A stretch of DNA of 64,000 bases from Thermoanaerobaculia bacterium (GTDB taxonomy: Bacteria > Acidobacteriota > Thermoanaerobaculia > Gp7-AA8). Below the pieces are notes generated by a model, which had not been told where the DNA came from, searched no databases, and saw only the letters and a program-made list of their open reading frames with translations. The translations under genes were made by a program, and so were the position numbers. Positions 50,235 through 60,083 of the stretch are shown here, piece after piece. Numbering within the stretch: position 1 is the stretch's first letter; the number at the start of each line of letters is the position of its first letter. Location: positions 20,293 to 84,292 of the forward strand of contig DATLFB010000044.1 of assembly GCA_035525285.1 (NCBI GenBank). The letters are read 5' to 3'.

Positions 50235-50452
50235 GCACAATCATCGAAGCTGAATACATCGCTGGTGAGAACGTTCTCAAGCTTTCCGCGCCGCTCGAGG
50301 GGATCGAGGATCATGCCCGACTGGAAGTAGAGATCAAACAGGCCGCGGGACCCCGCTCCGAGCAGCCGTGAATGAGGCTTTCGGGCTCACTCAGCTCCGA
50401 GGACGGCCGCGCCGTCGCAAAGGCGATCCGAGAGACATTCGGGAGAGCCTGA
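50231..50452 (+). pseudogene. DUF104/AF2212-like antitoxin-type small gene interrupted by an in-frame TGA
   Basis: MSTIIEAEYIAGENVLKLSAPLEGIEDHARLEVEI fits the DUF104 pattern (Y.nGvlkpl.pl.l.eg..v.v.i). An in-frame TGA at 50369..50371 is followed by MRLSGSLSSEDGRAVAKAIRETFGRA. Related antitoxins read W..laGsLs.ed at this point, so TGA may replace TGG. Confidence 0.5.
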
Positions 50453-50477
50453 TCCTCGCGATCATCACGGCGGGGGC

Positions 50478-50835
50478 TGCTCCACGAGCACATTCATTGT
50501 CCTCCAGAGGAGACTCATTTGCTCCGGGAGCACAATCACGTGCTCCACGAGCACAATCACGTGCTCCGCGAGCACGATCACGTGCTCCGCGAGTCCAATC
50601 ACATGCTCCGGGAGCACGATCACATGCTCCGCGAGCAGGATCACATGCTCCGCGAGCACAATCACATGCTCTGGGAGCACAATCACATGCTCCGCGAGCA
50701 CAATCACATGCTCCGCGAGCACGATCACTTGCTCCGGGAGCACAATCACATGCTCCGGGAGCACAATTACATGCTCCGAGAGCACATTCTTACGCTCGGG
50801 GAGCACATTCACATGCTCTGTGACACTGCTATTCG
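50478..50835. repeat. 21-bp tandem repeat array (consensus GCTCCGSGAGCACRATCACRT); 14 well-conserved units at 50521..50814 plus ~3 degenerate flanking units
   Basis: Units were counted directly from the sequence. Each unit contains a GCTC-N3-GAGC palindrome. A 21-nt period equals 7 codons, so three frames stay open. Confidence 0.95.
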
Positions 50836-50851
50836 CCTCGTAAGTTGTTGA
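50519..50851 (+). CDS. candidate His-rich heptad-repeat mini-protein (110 aa; (H-x-L-R-E-H-N)n)
   Basis: GAGGAG lies 6 nt upstream of the TTG at 50519. In this frame the commonest inter-unit difference (CGG/CGC/CGA) is synonymous (Arg in 11 of 14 units). The others are conservative (N/D, V/M/L). The same differences are non-synonymous in the other two open frames. Confidence 0.45.
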   Translation: MLREHNHVLHEHNHVLREHDHVLRESNHMLREHDHMLREQDHMLREHNHMLWEHNHMLREHNHMLREHDHLLREHNHMLREHNYMLREHILTLGEHIHMLCDTAIRLVSC

Positions 50852-50897
50852 AAACACATGGCCCGAGCACGGGCCTGAGGTTCTCGGCGTCTTGACG

Positions 50898-53800
50898 TCA
50901 GCTCGCCGCCACTTCCGCGCCGCGCTGAAGTGCCACCGGCGCCACCCCGATCATCGGCACCACCACCGTAAAGGTGCTCCCCCGCCCGAGGCCGCTCTCC
51001 ACCGTCACGATCCCGCCGTGCAGTTCCACGAACTTCTTCACCAGCGTGAGGCCGAGGCCTGTGCCGGGAGGGCGTTTTTCCATCGGAAGGTGGATCTGGC
51101 GGAACTCGTGGAAGATCACTTCCTGGTGTTCGGGGGCGATGCCGATGCCGTGGTCGATCACGGCGAGCGCGATCGAGTCGCGGCGGAGGGGCGATGAAGA
51201 CGCCGCGACGCGGCGGACGACGATGCGGATCGTCGAGTGATCGGGCGAGAACTTCACCGCGTTCGAGACGAGGTTGTAGACGATCTGCTTGAGCTTGATC
51301 GCGTCAGCGACGATCGTGCCGATGTCGGGGGCGAGATCGAACTCCAGCTCGATGCCGCGCGGGATGGTGATTCCCTTCAGCACGCGCGCGACGCCGTCGA
51401 GCGTCTCGCGCAGCGCGACCGGCTCGAGGTCGAGAGTCATCTGGCTCGCCTCGACCTTGGCGAGATCGAGGATGTCGTTGATCAGCGCGAGCAGATGCTC
51501 GCCGGAAACGGAAACGTTGTGCACGAAGCGGAGCTGGCGGTCGGTGAACGTCTTCTCGCCGTCGCGCAGCAGCACGCCGGCGAAGCCGATGATCGCGTTC
51601 AGCGGCGTGCGCAGCTCGTGGCTCACGTTCGCCAGGAAGATGCTCTTCGCCTGATTCGCGGCCTCGGCCTCGACGAGCGCCTTCGCGAGCTCCTTCTCCT
51701 GCTCCTCGGCCGCGTGCAGCGCCGACTGGATCTCGCCCGTCCGCTCGGCGACGACCTGCACCAGCTCCGCCTCGCGGCGCTTCATCGAACGGACGCGGCG
51801 CTGCTGGAAGAGCCAGACCGCGGAGACGAGCAGCGCGAGGACGAGCAGCCGGAACCAGATCGTCTGCACGAAACGCGGCTCGATCTCGACGCCCGCGCTC
51901 GCGCCGGCGGTGTTCCACACGCCGTCCGCATTCGCGGCGATGACGTGGAAGCGATACGCGCCCGGCGGCACGCCGGTGTAGTACGCGACGCGGCGCGTTC
52001 CGGCCTGCACCCAGTCGCGATCGAAGCCCTCGAGCCGGTAGCGGAACTGCGCCTTCTGCGAATTCGCGTACGTGAGCGCGGCGTAGCGGATCTCGACGTT
52101 CTGCGCGCCCGGCGGAACGACGATGCTCCGCGGCATCGCAGTTGCGCGGCCGTCGACGAGGATCGACTCGATGCGCACGGGCGGCGGACGCTGGTTGCGC
52201 AGCAGCGCGTCGCGCGGCGCGATCGTCGCGACGCCGTCGGTGGTCGCGAACCACAAGCGGCCGTCGCGCGAGCGCATCGCCGAGGGATACACGCTCCCGT
52301 TGCACTCCACGCTGCGCGCGCCGTCGCCGGCGGCGAACACCATCGGCGTCACGCGCGCGCGCTTTCCGTCGCCCTGGTCGTGCAGCTCACGCGCGTCGAC
52401 GCTCCAGATCCCGCGTCCGCCGCCGAACCACAATCGACCGTCCGCGTCTTCGAGAATCTGCAGGACCTTGTCGCTCCAGAGTCCGGCGTCGACGGTGTAT
52501 CTCGTGAACCGCCCGGCCTGCATGCGGATGAGTCCCGCGCTGTCGGTGCCGATCCAGATGGTGCCCGCGCGATCGACGTGCAACGCGAGCACGTGCATGT
52601 CGGGCAATCCCTCTGCATCGGTCCACGCCGTGAACTTCCCATCGCGATACCGCGCGATGCCGCGTCCGTCCGCGCCGATCCACACGCTGCCATCCGGCGC
52701 TTCCGCGAACGCCTGCACGAAGGTCTGTTCCCACTTCGGACCGGGCGACGCGATCTCGAAGCGCTGGCCGTCGAAGCGCGAGAGCCCGCGATCGGTTCCG
52801 ATCCACAGCACGCCGCTGCGATCGAAGAACAGCGCGCGCACCGCGCGGCTCGAGAGTCCATCCTCCTCGGTGTACGTCGTCGCACGCCCGCCCGCAAGGC
52901 GGCTCAGTCCCGTCGGCGTGCCGGCCCAGATCGCGCCGTCGGGCGCTTCGGCGATCGTGAAGACGTAGTCGTTCGCGAGTCCGTCTTTCGTCGTGAAGGT
53001 CTCCGACTCGCGTCCGGTGAATCGCGTGAGGCCGTGCGCGGTGCCGATCCACACGTTGCCCGCGCGATCCTCGAGCACCGTGCGCGCATACGGATCCGCC
53101 AGGCCCTCGTACGTCCCGACGGTGATGAACTTTCCACGCGTCAGGCACTCGACGCCGCCGTTCGTGCCGACCCAGAGGTTCTTCTCCGAGTCCTCGAAGA
53201 GCGAGCGCACGGAGTTGTTGAGCAGTCCCTGCGCGGTGGTGAACTGCGCGAGGTGATCGCCGCCGATGCGAAAGAGTCCGTTGCTGTAGGTGCCGATCCA
53301 GAGCGTGCGATCGGAGTCGCGCAGGATCGCCGTGACCTGCTCGGAGGGAATGCCGAGGACGAACGTAGGGGCGGGCTTCAGCCCGCCCTCCGCCCGGCTG
53401 AAGCCGGGCGCTACGTCATTCGCGGCGATGCGATACAGGCCCTGATTCGTTCCCGCCCACAGCGCGCCGTCGGAGTCGGGCAGCAGCGAGAGCACCGAGG
53501 TCGAGGAGAGCAGCGGGACCGCGGACTCGGCGACGCCGTTGCGAACGATGAGCAGTCCGCCGCCGCGCGTGCCGGCCCACAACGCGCCGTCGGGCGTTTC
53601 GGCAAGCGAGAGCACGGAGATGTTCGTCCCGCGCACGCGCTCGACGCGGCCGTTGCGAAATGCGCAAAGGCCGGCCGACGTGCCGATCCACACCGTGTCG
53701 TCGCGCGCCTGCAGAAGCGCCGCGACGATGTCGCTCGGCAGGCCGTCGGCGGTCGTCAGCACGCGCGTCGTCCCGTTGCGCACGAATCCCGCGCCGCCGC

Positions 53801-54113
53801 CGTTCGTGCCGGCCCACAACGCGCCGTCGCGCGCCTTCATGAACGCCAGCACGGTGTCGCGGCGCAGCGCGGCGAGATTCTTCTTGTCGAAGCGCGTGAA
53901 GGAGTCGCCGTTGAAGCGCGCGAGGCCTTCGTACGTCGCGACCCAGACGTAGCCGTCGTCGGACTGCAGGATGCCGCGCACGACGCTGTTCGGCAGCCCG
54001 TCCTCGAGACGCCACGCGCGGCGCGCGTACTGACTGATGGCGCGGTCCGGCTCCAATGCGATCACGAACGGCGCGATCGCCGCGAACAGTGCAGCAGCAA
54101 TGACTCTGCGCAT
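50898..54113 (-). CDS. sensor histidine kinase with two-component-regulator-propeller (Reg_prop) and Y_Y_Y sensor region
   Basis: 1071 aa with a signal/TM segment. Reg_prop-type repeats are repeated ([42 protein letters not shown]). A TM helix and coiled coil follow, then HisKA ([16 protein letters not shown]) and HATPase_c ([18 protein letters not shown]). Confidence 0.9.
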   Translation of the reverse strand: MRRVIAAALFAAIAPFVIALEPDRAISQYARRAWRLEDGLPNSVVRGILQSDDGYVWVATYEGLARFNGDSFTRFDKKNLAALRRDTVLAFMKARDGALWAGTNGGGAGFVRNGTTRVLTTADGLPSDIVAALLQARDDTVWIGTSAGLCAFRNGRVERVRGTNISVLSLAETPDGALWAGTRGGGLLIVRNGVAESAVPLLSSTSVLSLLPDSDGALWAGTNQGLYRIAANDVAPGFSRAEGGLKPAPTFVLGIPSEQVTAILRDSDRTLWIGTYSNGLFRIGGDHLAQFTTAQGLLNNSVRSLFEDSEKNLWVGTNGGVECLTRGKFITVGTYEGLADPYARTVLEDRAGNVWIGTAHGLTRFTGRESETFTTKDGLANDYVFTIAEAPDGAIWAGTPTGLSRLAGGRATTYTEEDGLSSRAVRALFFDRSGVLWIGTDRGLSRFDGQRFEIASPGPKWEQTFVQAFAEAPDGSVWIGADGRGIARYRDGKFTAWTDAEGLPDMHVLALHVDRAGTIWIGTDSAGLIRMQAGRFTRYTVDAGLWSDKVLQILEDADGRLWFGGGRGIWSVDARELHDQGDGKRARVTPMVFAAGDGARSVECNGSVYPSAMRSRDGRLWFATTDGVATIAPRDALLRNQRPPPVRIESILVDGRATAMPRSIVVPPGAQNVEIRYAALTYANSQKAQFRYRLEGFDRDWVQAGTRRVAYYTGVPPGAYRFHVIAANADGVWNTAGASAGVEIEPRFVQTIWFRLLVLALLVSAVWLFQQRRVRSMKRREAELVQVVAERTGEIQSALHAAEEQEKELAKALVEAEAANQAKSIFLANVSHELRTPLNAIIGFAGVLLRDGEKTFTDRQLRFVHNVSVSGEHLLALINDILDLAKVEASQMTLDLEPVALRETLDGVARVLKGITIPRGIELEFDLAPDIGTIVADAIKLKQIVYNLVSNAVKFSPDHSTIRIVVRRVAASSSPLRRDSIALAVIDHGIGIAPEHQEVIFHEFRQIHLPMEKRPPGTGLGLTLVKKFVELHGGIVTVESGLGRGSTFTVVVPMIGVAPVALQRGAEVAAS

Positions 54114-54190
54114 TGCGGACCTGAAGCGGATGCGGCGATTGTAGCCCCGGAACGCCGACTTTCAGCCGGCGCTCCGGGTACAGTAGCGCG

Positions 54191-55096
54191 ATGTTCGCTT
54201 ATCACCGCCAGCTCATCGCCGACTCGCCGCGCTCGCTCGCCTATCGCGATGCGTTGCGGCGCGTCGTGAAATCGGGCGACGCCGTCATCGATCTTGGCAG
54301 CGGCTCGGGGGTGCTGGCGTTCTTCGCGGCCGAGGCGGGGGCGCGCAGGGTGTATGCGATCGAGCGCGGGCACATGGCGGATGCGATCTCGCTGCTCGTG
54401 AGCCACCTCGGCTTCGCCGATCGCATCGAAGTGCGCCACCAGCACTCCCGCGAGGTCGAGCTTCCCGAGCGCGCGTCCGTGCTCGTCAGCGAGACCCTCG
54501 GCTCGTTCGGACTCGAGGAGCAGATCATCTCCCAGACCATCGACGCGCGCGCGCGGCTGCTGACCGAGGACGCGACGATCATTCCGCGGCGCGTCGCGCT
54601 GTGGCTCGTGCCGGTGGAACTGCCCGACCTGCACGAGCGGCACGTTTCGTGGTGGAGCAAGCCTCGCTACGGCTTCGACCTCTCGCCGATTCGCGTGTTC
54701 GCTTCGAACACGCTCGTCACCGGCGACATCACCGCCGCCGCGTATCTCGCGCGGCCGGCGCGCATCATCGACGTCGATCTCACTACGGTCACCGATCCGA
54801 ACGTGAGCGGGCGCGCGTCGTTCGAAGCGGAGCGCGACGGCGTGCTGCATGGATTCGGCGGCTGGTTCGACGCGACGCTGATCGAAGGGATCACGCTCGC
54901 GAACGACGAGCCGCACGCGACCTGCTGGGCGCAGGTGTTTCTGCCGCTCGACGAGCCGGTCGCGCTCACGCGCGGCACGCGCGTGGAGGCCGAGCTCGAG
55001 TCGCACGACGGCACGGCGTGGCGATGGCGCGGGAGGGCGGGAGAGCGCGAATTCGATCAGACGACGTGGCTCTCGGCGCCTCCGTGCATCAAGTAG
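54191..55096 (+). CDS. class I SAM-dependent methyltransferase, protein-arginine-methyltransferase-like
   Basis: VIDLGSGSGVLAFFAAEAGARRVYAIE (SAM motif I plus acidic post-I) and VSETLG (PRMT-type double-E region). The C-terminal beta-barrel-like half matches the PRMT layout. Confidence 0.75.
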   Translation: MFAYHRQLIADSPRSLAYRDALRRVVKSGDAVIDLGSGSGVLAFFAAEAGARRVYAIERGHMADAISLLVSHLGFADRIEVRHQHSREVELPERASVLVSETLGSFGLEEQIISQTIDARARLLTEDATIIPRRVALWLVPVELPDLHERHVSWWSKPRYGFDLSPIRVFASNTLVTGDITAAAYLARPARIIDVDLTTVTDPNVSGRASFEAERDGVLHGFGGWFDATLIEGITLANDEPHATCWAQVFLPLDEPVALTRGTRVEAELESHDGTAWRWRGRAGEREFDQTTWLSAPPCIK

Positions 55097-55120
55097 CGCC
55101 GGCATCCTCATAGGCGGTCC

Positions 55121-55293
55121 GCCGACTTCCAGTCGGCGTGGGGTTGACGCCGATCGGAGATCGGCGGACCGGCCGACTGAAAGTCGGCGTTCCGTTTTCT
55201 GTAGCGCGGCCTTCCAGGCCGCCGTCTCGCTGGCTTCCAGCCAGCGAGTGTCGCCGGCAGGATGCCGGCGTTACGGCGGGCAGGATGCCCGCG
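55121..55293. repeat. cluster of ~7 short REP-like hairpins (7-8-bp GC stems, 3-nt loops)
   Basis: GCCGACT-tcc-AGTCGGC, CCGATC-gga-GATCGG, GCCGACT-gaa-AGTCGGC, GCGGCC-ttcca-GGCCGC, CGCTGGCT-tcc-AGCCAGCG, GCCGGCA-gga-TGCCGGC, GCGGGCA-gga-TGCCCGC. Confidence 0.7.
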
Positions 55294-55331
55294 CTACAAC
55301 GGTTCGCAAGCTGCGCTCCTATAATCCGTCC

Positions 55332-56435
55332 ATGCGCCGCTTTCTGCTGTTCGCTCTGCTCCTCGCTCCCTCGCTCGCATTCGCGCAGTGGGTCGAAGTT
55401 CCCGACAAGGGCTGCGTCGGCGGCTCCGGCTGCGCCGACCGGCGCTTGCGCGTCGCGCTCGAAGACCGTCCGATCATCGGCGTGCGCTTCAACGCGCACG
55501 ACTCCGTCGGATCGAAGGCGGAGGGCGTGTTGCGCGTGAAGATCGACGGCACGACCGTGCGCGGCTACATCGACATCCCGCGCGCCGGCGAGACGTTCAG
55601 CCTCGACGTCGACGAACTGCGCGGACGCTATCTCGTCTTCGAGCCCGTCACGAACGACGAGGTCGTGATCAGCGACATCGCGGTGCTGTACGGCGCCGCC
55701 CCGCGCAACAAGATACGCACGCTGCCTGCGCCGATCGACCGCACCGGAGGATGGCGCTCGTATCCCGATGCGTCGGTGTGCATCGGCGGCGATCAGTGCC
55801 GCAAGAACGGGAAGCGCGTCACCATCGCGCTCGAAGACCGGCCGGTGATCGGCATCCGCTTTCACGCGCACGACAGCATCGGCCAGCGCGCGGACGGACG
55901 GCTGTCCGTGCGCATCGACGACACGAGCATCAGTTCCCGGATCGACGTCCAGCGCGCCGGGCGGCTGCACGACTTCGAAGTCGACAACGTACGCGGCACG
56001 CGTCTCGTGATCGAGACGACGACCGACGACGAGGTCGAGCTCAAGGACGTCGCGGTGCTGTACGGCCGTCTGCGCCGCGCGGATCGCCGGGAAGACCGGC
56101 AGCGCGAGACGCGGCACGAGGGCGGCTGCATCGGCGGCGACGAATGCGGCGGCTCGCGCGCGCGCATCCGCATTCCGCTGTACGGCCGCACGGTGAAGTC
56201 GGTGCGCTTCTACGCGCGAGACGACATCGGCACGCGCGCGGGCGGCGAGCTGCGCATCCGCATCGACGACGAGATCCTGCGCAACTATCTCGACATTCCG
56301 CGCGAGGGAAGAACGTTCACGATCGACGGGCGCGGCGTGGCGGGCGACTATCTCGTCATCGAGACCACCGAGCATGACGAGGTGGAGCTGAAGGACATCC
56401 GGATCGCGTTCGGAGAGGACGAGATCGAGGACTGA
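55332..56435 (+). CDS. secreted protein built from three ~110-aa internal repeats (unknown family)
   Basis: Start at the in-frame ATG at 55332, with signal peptide MRRFLLFALLLAPSLAFAQ. Three copies follow the pattern C.GG..C..(R)..i.LedRPviGiRF.AHDsiG.ra.G.L.vrIDd..i...iDi.raG....f.vd...G.yLViE...dDEVel.DiavlYG. Confidence 0.7.
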   Translation: MRRFLLFALLLAPSLAFAQWVEVPDKGCVGGSGCADRRLRVALEDRPIIGVRFNAHDSVGSKAEGVLRVKIDGTTVRGYIDIPRAGETFSLDVDELRGRYLVFEPVTNDEVVISDIAVLYGAAPRNKIRTLPAPIDRTGGWRSYPDASVCIGGDQCRKNGKRVTIALEDRPVIGIRFHAHDSIGQRADGRLSVRIDDTSISSRIDVQRAGRLHDFEVDNVRGTRLVIETTTDDEVELKDVAVLYGRLRRADRREDRQRETRHEGGCIGGDECGGSRARIRIPLYGRTVKSVRFYARDDIGTRAGGELRIRIDDEILRNYLDIPREGRTFTIDGRGVAGDYLVIETTEHDEVELKDIRIAFGEDEIED

Positions 56436-56795
56436 TTACGCCACCGGCTGCTGCGGCTCGCGCCGCTCGAACATCTCTTCGATGACGCGCGCGTCTTCAT
56501 CGCTGAGGCTCACGAATTCGATGCCGACGTCGCTGTAGCCGTCCTCGAGTACGTGCTCGTACGCGACGCGGCCGAGGGCCTTGATGACGTGCTCGCGGTC
56601 GATGGCGATGAGCAGCTCGACAGGCGAGCCGGCGCCGAGGCGTTCGGCGCTCACGACGCAGCATCCGCCGAGGGCGAGAGTCTTCGTCATCGCGAACTCT
56701 TCCACGTCGCCGTCGAGCTTCGACACGAGCACGGAGTGATTGGACGCAAAGCGCGGAAAGCGGCGACTGGTGGCGTCGGACATCGTGAACCTCAT
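56436..56795 (-). CDS. PilZ-domain protein (c-di-GMP receptor-like)
   Basis: RRFPR (RxxxR) lies near the N-terminus, followed by ..TLALGGC.. at the position of the D/NxSxxG motif. The size (119 aa) is typical of stand-alone PilZ. Its stop codon abuts the stop of the convergent gene 55332..56435. Confidence 0.6.
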   Translation of the reverse strand: MRFTMSDATSRRFPRFASNHSVLVSKLDGDVEEFAMTKTLALGGCCVVSAERLGAGSPVELLIAIDREHVIKALGRVAYEHVLEDGYSDVGIEFVSLSDEDARVIEEMFERREPQQPVA

Positions 56796-56978
56796 CGATT
56801 TCGGACTGGGGGAACCCGCGCGAATTATAGCGCGCGAAACCGGAAGCCCCGTCGTAGCATCGAACGATCCAGATGAGGACTCTGGAGATCGGCACGATCC
56901 GCTACACGAACACGCGCCCCGCGGACTTCCGGGGCGAGCGCGGATACGACTGGTACGCGGGGCATTGAGTCTTTATAT

Positions 56979-57071
56979 GGACTGCGGCAGCGGAGCTGCC
57001 GCTTTTCTTTAGCGGCAGCTCTGCTGCCGCGTTGGAAAGCGGTAGCTGGCGCTACCGCAGTCCAAAAAAAA
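56979..57071. repeat. nested REP-like hairpin cluster followed by an A8 run
   Basis: The outer arms are GGACTGCGG..CCGCAGTCC. They enclose GCGGCAGC-gga-GCTGCCGC, GCGGCAGC-tct-GCTGCCGC and GCGGTAGC-tggc-GCTACCGC. It lies in a divergent promoter region, so it is not a terminator. Confidence 0.7.
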
Positions 57072-57177
57072 TCACACCTCCAGCATCACCGACGTCCAGT
57101 CGTCATTGCGCGCGCCGCGCGTGATTCCTCGGCATGACTAATGGTAAGGTGGACGGAAGCTCCGTCGGGTCCTGGAC

Positions 57178-60075
57178 ATGCGCTCGAGAACAACGGGTCG
57201 TACCGCTTTGCATGCGGTCTTGCCATGGGCGGTCGTGTGCGCGCTCATCTGCGCATTCACTGCGGCCTCGGCCGAGCGCGGGTTTCCGCTGATCACCGTT
57301 TATCACGCGGAAGTGCACAAAGCCGGGCCGCAGACCTTCGAGATCGCGCAGGACCGCAGCGGCGTTCTCTACTTCGGCAATCTCCACGGCCTGCTCACGT
57401 ATGACGGCGCGTGGTGGCGACTGCTGCCGCTGCCGGACGATCAGCTTGCGCTCTCCGTCGCCTCCGACGATCGCGGCCGCGTCATGGCCGGGCTGGTCAA
57501 CGACTTCGGCTACGTCGCGCCCGACGCGCAGGGCACGCCGGCGTATCACTCGCTGCTGCCGAAGGTCGCGAAGGATCAGCGCGAGTTCGGCGACGTCCGC
57601 GCGATCTGTCCGACGCCCGCGGGATTCCTCTTCGTCGCCGAGACCGCGCTCTTTGTGTGGGACGGCAACGCCGTCCGTTTCGCGGGCGCGAACGATCGCG
57701 AGACCGGACCCCGCGAGTGCTACGCCGAAGGCTCCAACATCCTGCTGCACGGCCCGAACGGACTGCAGCGATTCGATCTGCAGACGTTCCGCCTCTCTCC
57801 CTCCATGATCGCCGGACGCGTCGACGCCGTCGTGCGGCGCGGCCAGACATTTCTCGTCGCGGTGCGCGACCAGGGACTCTTCGTTCTCTCGGGCACGCAA
57901 TCGACGCCGTTCGCCCCCGAAGCCGCGGAGTGGCTGCGCGGAAAACTGGTCTACGACTTCGCGCTGCTCGCGGACGGACGCATCGTCATCGCGACACGGC
58001 AGCACGGCATTCTCGTCGTCGACGGCAACGGCGCGGTCGAGCAGACCATCACCGACGAGTCGGGACTCCCCGACTCCGTCATCAACGACATCCACGTCGA
58101 TCGCGAAGGCTCGCTGTGGCTGGCGATGGAAGGCCCGATCGCACGCATCGACGTCGCCTCACGGGTCTCGATCTTCGACGCACGGCGCGAGCTGAAAGGC
58201 TCGATCGGCGACATCACGCGGTTCAACGGCCACCTCTACGTCGCGACGACGCACGGGCTCCACCGAATCGACGAGCGCGGCGCCGTGCAGCGCATCGAAG
58301 GGATCCGCGACGCGTGGCGGGTGATTCCGTTCGACGATCAGCTGATCATCGGCACCGCGCGCGGGCTGTATTCACTCCGCGAAGGCGGCGTGCCCGAGCA
58401 CTTCGTCCAGCGCGAGGGCGAGCTTTACGATCTCACGCGCTCGCGGCGCGATCCGTCGCGCATCTGGATCGCGCAGCGTCATGGCCTCAGCAGCGTGCGC
58501 CGGAGCGGGGACACGTGGGTGTACGAAGAAGCGATCCCGGGCGTGCCGGAGTACGCGGCGTCGGTCATCGAGCACGACGGCGCGGTGTGGCTCGGGACGA
58601 CCTTCGACGGCGTCGTGCGCGTGACCGATCCGCGCGGCCCATCGCAGCGAGTGACGCAGTTCGGGATCGGCGAAACGAATGTCTTCGAAGCGGGCGGGCG
58701 CGTGGTCGCGGTGCACGCAAGCAGCAGCGAAGTGCAGAGCGTCGACCGCAACGACAAGCTCGTCCGCGATCCGCTCCTCGGACACATCAGCGCCCCGCGC
58801 GGATTTTTCGGACTCGTCGAAGACGCGCGCGGCGACATCTGGATCAACTCCACGCCGCCGCGCGTCTTCGCGCGCCGCGCCGGCGGCACGTACGCGCGCG
58901 AAGGAAAGCCGCTCGTCGGCGTGACGGCGGCGGACATCCAGACGCTGCGCGCGCATCCCGACGGCGTGGTGTGGTTCGCCTCGGACAAGGGACTCTTCCG
59001 TTACGAGCCTTCGCAGACCGAGGAGGCGGCGGTCGCGCAGCTCGCGCCGCTGATCCGCCGCGTGCTCGCGGCCGACGATCGTGTTCTCAGCGAGTCGAAG
59101 CCGTTGCGCCACAACTTCGGACGCATGCGGGTCGAGTTCGCTCCGGCATCGTTCCGTCCGGGGGTCGAGTATCAGTATCGCCTCGATCCGATCGACACGG
59201 AATGGAGTCAGTGGACCGCGCAGCCGTTCATCGACTACACGACGCTCGAAGCGAACGACTACACGTTCCGGCTGCGCGCGCGCGGGCCGTCGCTCGTGCC
59301 GAGCTCGGAGACCACCTGGTCGTTCAGCGTGCTTCCGCCGTGGTATCGCACGCGCTGGGCGTATGCGCTGTGGGCGCTGCTCGCGGGCGCCGCGATTCTC
59401 TCCGTGATCCGCGTGCGCACCGCCTCGCTGCGGCGTCAGGCGGAGAAGCTGCGGCAGCGCGTCGAGGAGAAAACGGCGGAACTGCAGGAGACCGTGCAGC
59501 TGCTCGAGCAGGCGAACTCGCGGCTGGAGATCCTCTCGATGGAAGACGATCTCACGGGAATCGCGAATCGCCGCTTCTTCGAGCGCGCGCTGACGGACGA
59601 GTGGAATCGCGCGCGCCGGCGCGAGACGCCGCTGGCGCTGATCCTTCTCGATCTCGATCACTTCAAGGAGCTGAACGACTTCCGCGGGCATCCCGCGGGC
59701 GACGACGCGCTGCGCCGCATCGGCGCGTTTCTCGCCGACACGATCCGCCGCAGCGGCGAAGTCGTCGCGCGTTACGGCGGCGAGGAGTTCGCGATTCTGC
59801 TGCCGGGCGTCGACGGCGACGGCGCGGTCCGCGTGGCGGAGGCGCTGCGCGACGGCATCGAGCGCCTCGCCATCTCGTACGGCAACGGCGGCGGGCGGCG
59901 GATGACCGCAAGCTGCGGCGTCGCCGCGATCACGCCCGCGCCCGAGGCGGCGCCGGAGCATCTCGTCGCCAGCGCCGACCGCGCGCTCTACGCGGCCAAG
60001 CACTCAGGGCGCAACTGCGTGCGCATCGCGGACGAGACGACGACCGGCACATGGCTCCGCGACGCCTCGGCGTAG
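57178..60075 (+). CDS. sensor diguanylate cyclase: Reg_prop/Y_Y_Y sensor region, TM helix, coiled coil, GGDEF domain
   Basis: 965 aa. The signal peptide is followed by propeller-type repeats. The TM segment is WAYALWALLAGAAILSVI. The GGDEF domain has DLDHFKELND and RYGGEEFAILLPG. Confidence 0.9.
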   Translation: MRSRTTGRTALHAVLPWAVVCALICAFTAASAERGFPLITVYHAEVHKAGPQTFEIAQDRSGVLYFGNLHGLLTYDGAWWRLLPLPDDQLALSVASDDRGRVMAGLVNDFGYVAPDAQGTPAYHSLLPKVAKDQREFGDVRAICPTPAGFLFVAETALFVWDGNAVRFAGANDRETGPRECYAEGSNILLHGPNGLQRFDLQTFRLSPSMIAGRVDAVVRRGQTFLVAVRDQGLFVLSGTQSTPFAPEAAEWLRGKLVYDFALLADGRIVIATRQHGILVVDGNGAVEQTITDESGLPDSVINDIHVDREGSLWLAMEGPIARIDVASRVSIFDARRELKGSIGDITRFNGHLYVATTHGLHRIDERGAVQRIEGIRDAWRVIPFDDQLIIGTARGLYSLREGGVPEHFVQREGELYDLTRSRRDPSRIWIAQRHGLSSVRRSGDTWVYEEAIPGVPEYAASVIEHDGAVWLGTTFDGVVRVTDPRGPSQRVTQFGIGETNVFEAGGRVVAVHASSSEVQSVDRNDKLVRDPLLGHISAPRGFFGLVEDARGDIWINSTPPRVFARRAGGTYAREGKPLVGVTAADIQTLRAHPDGVVWFASDKGLFRYEPSQTEEAAVAQLAPLIRRVLAADDRVLSESKPLRHNFGRMRVEFAPASFRPGVEYQYRLDPIDTEWSQWTAQPFIDYTTLEANDYTFRLRARGPSLVPSSETTWSFSVLPPWYRTRWAYALWALLAGAAILSVIRVRTASLRRQAEKLRQRVEEKTAELQETVQLLEQANSRLEILSMEDDLTGIANRRFFERALTDEWNRARRRETPLALILLDLDHFKELNDFRGHPAGDDALRRIGAFLADTIRRSGEVVARYGGEEFAILLPGVDGDGAVRVAEALRDGIERLAISYGNGGGRRMTASCGVAAITPAPEAAPEHLVASADRALYAAKHSGRNCVRIADETTTGTWLRDASA

Positions 60076-60083
60076 CACGCTCA

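Noticed and set aside
50478-50835. Possible CRISPR array
   Set aside because: The units are contiguous 21-mers with no unique spacers between them, so this is a minisatellite and not a CRISPR array.
50368-50857. ORFs 50368..50823 (+) and 50465..50857 (-) across the 21-bp array
   Set aside because: They are open only because the period is 7 codons. Inter-unit substitutions are non-synonymous in these frames, and neither has a convincing SD. The frame at 50519 is preferred.
51237-54269. 1010-aa plus-strand ORF opposite the sensor histidine kinase
   Set aside because: It is an antisense shadow, and the minus-strand kinase has all the canonical motifs. The same reasoning applies to 57411..60125, 57103..58095, 58372..60003, 60208..61515, 54062..55111 and 55089..56375.
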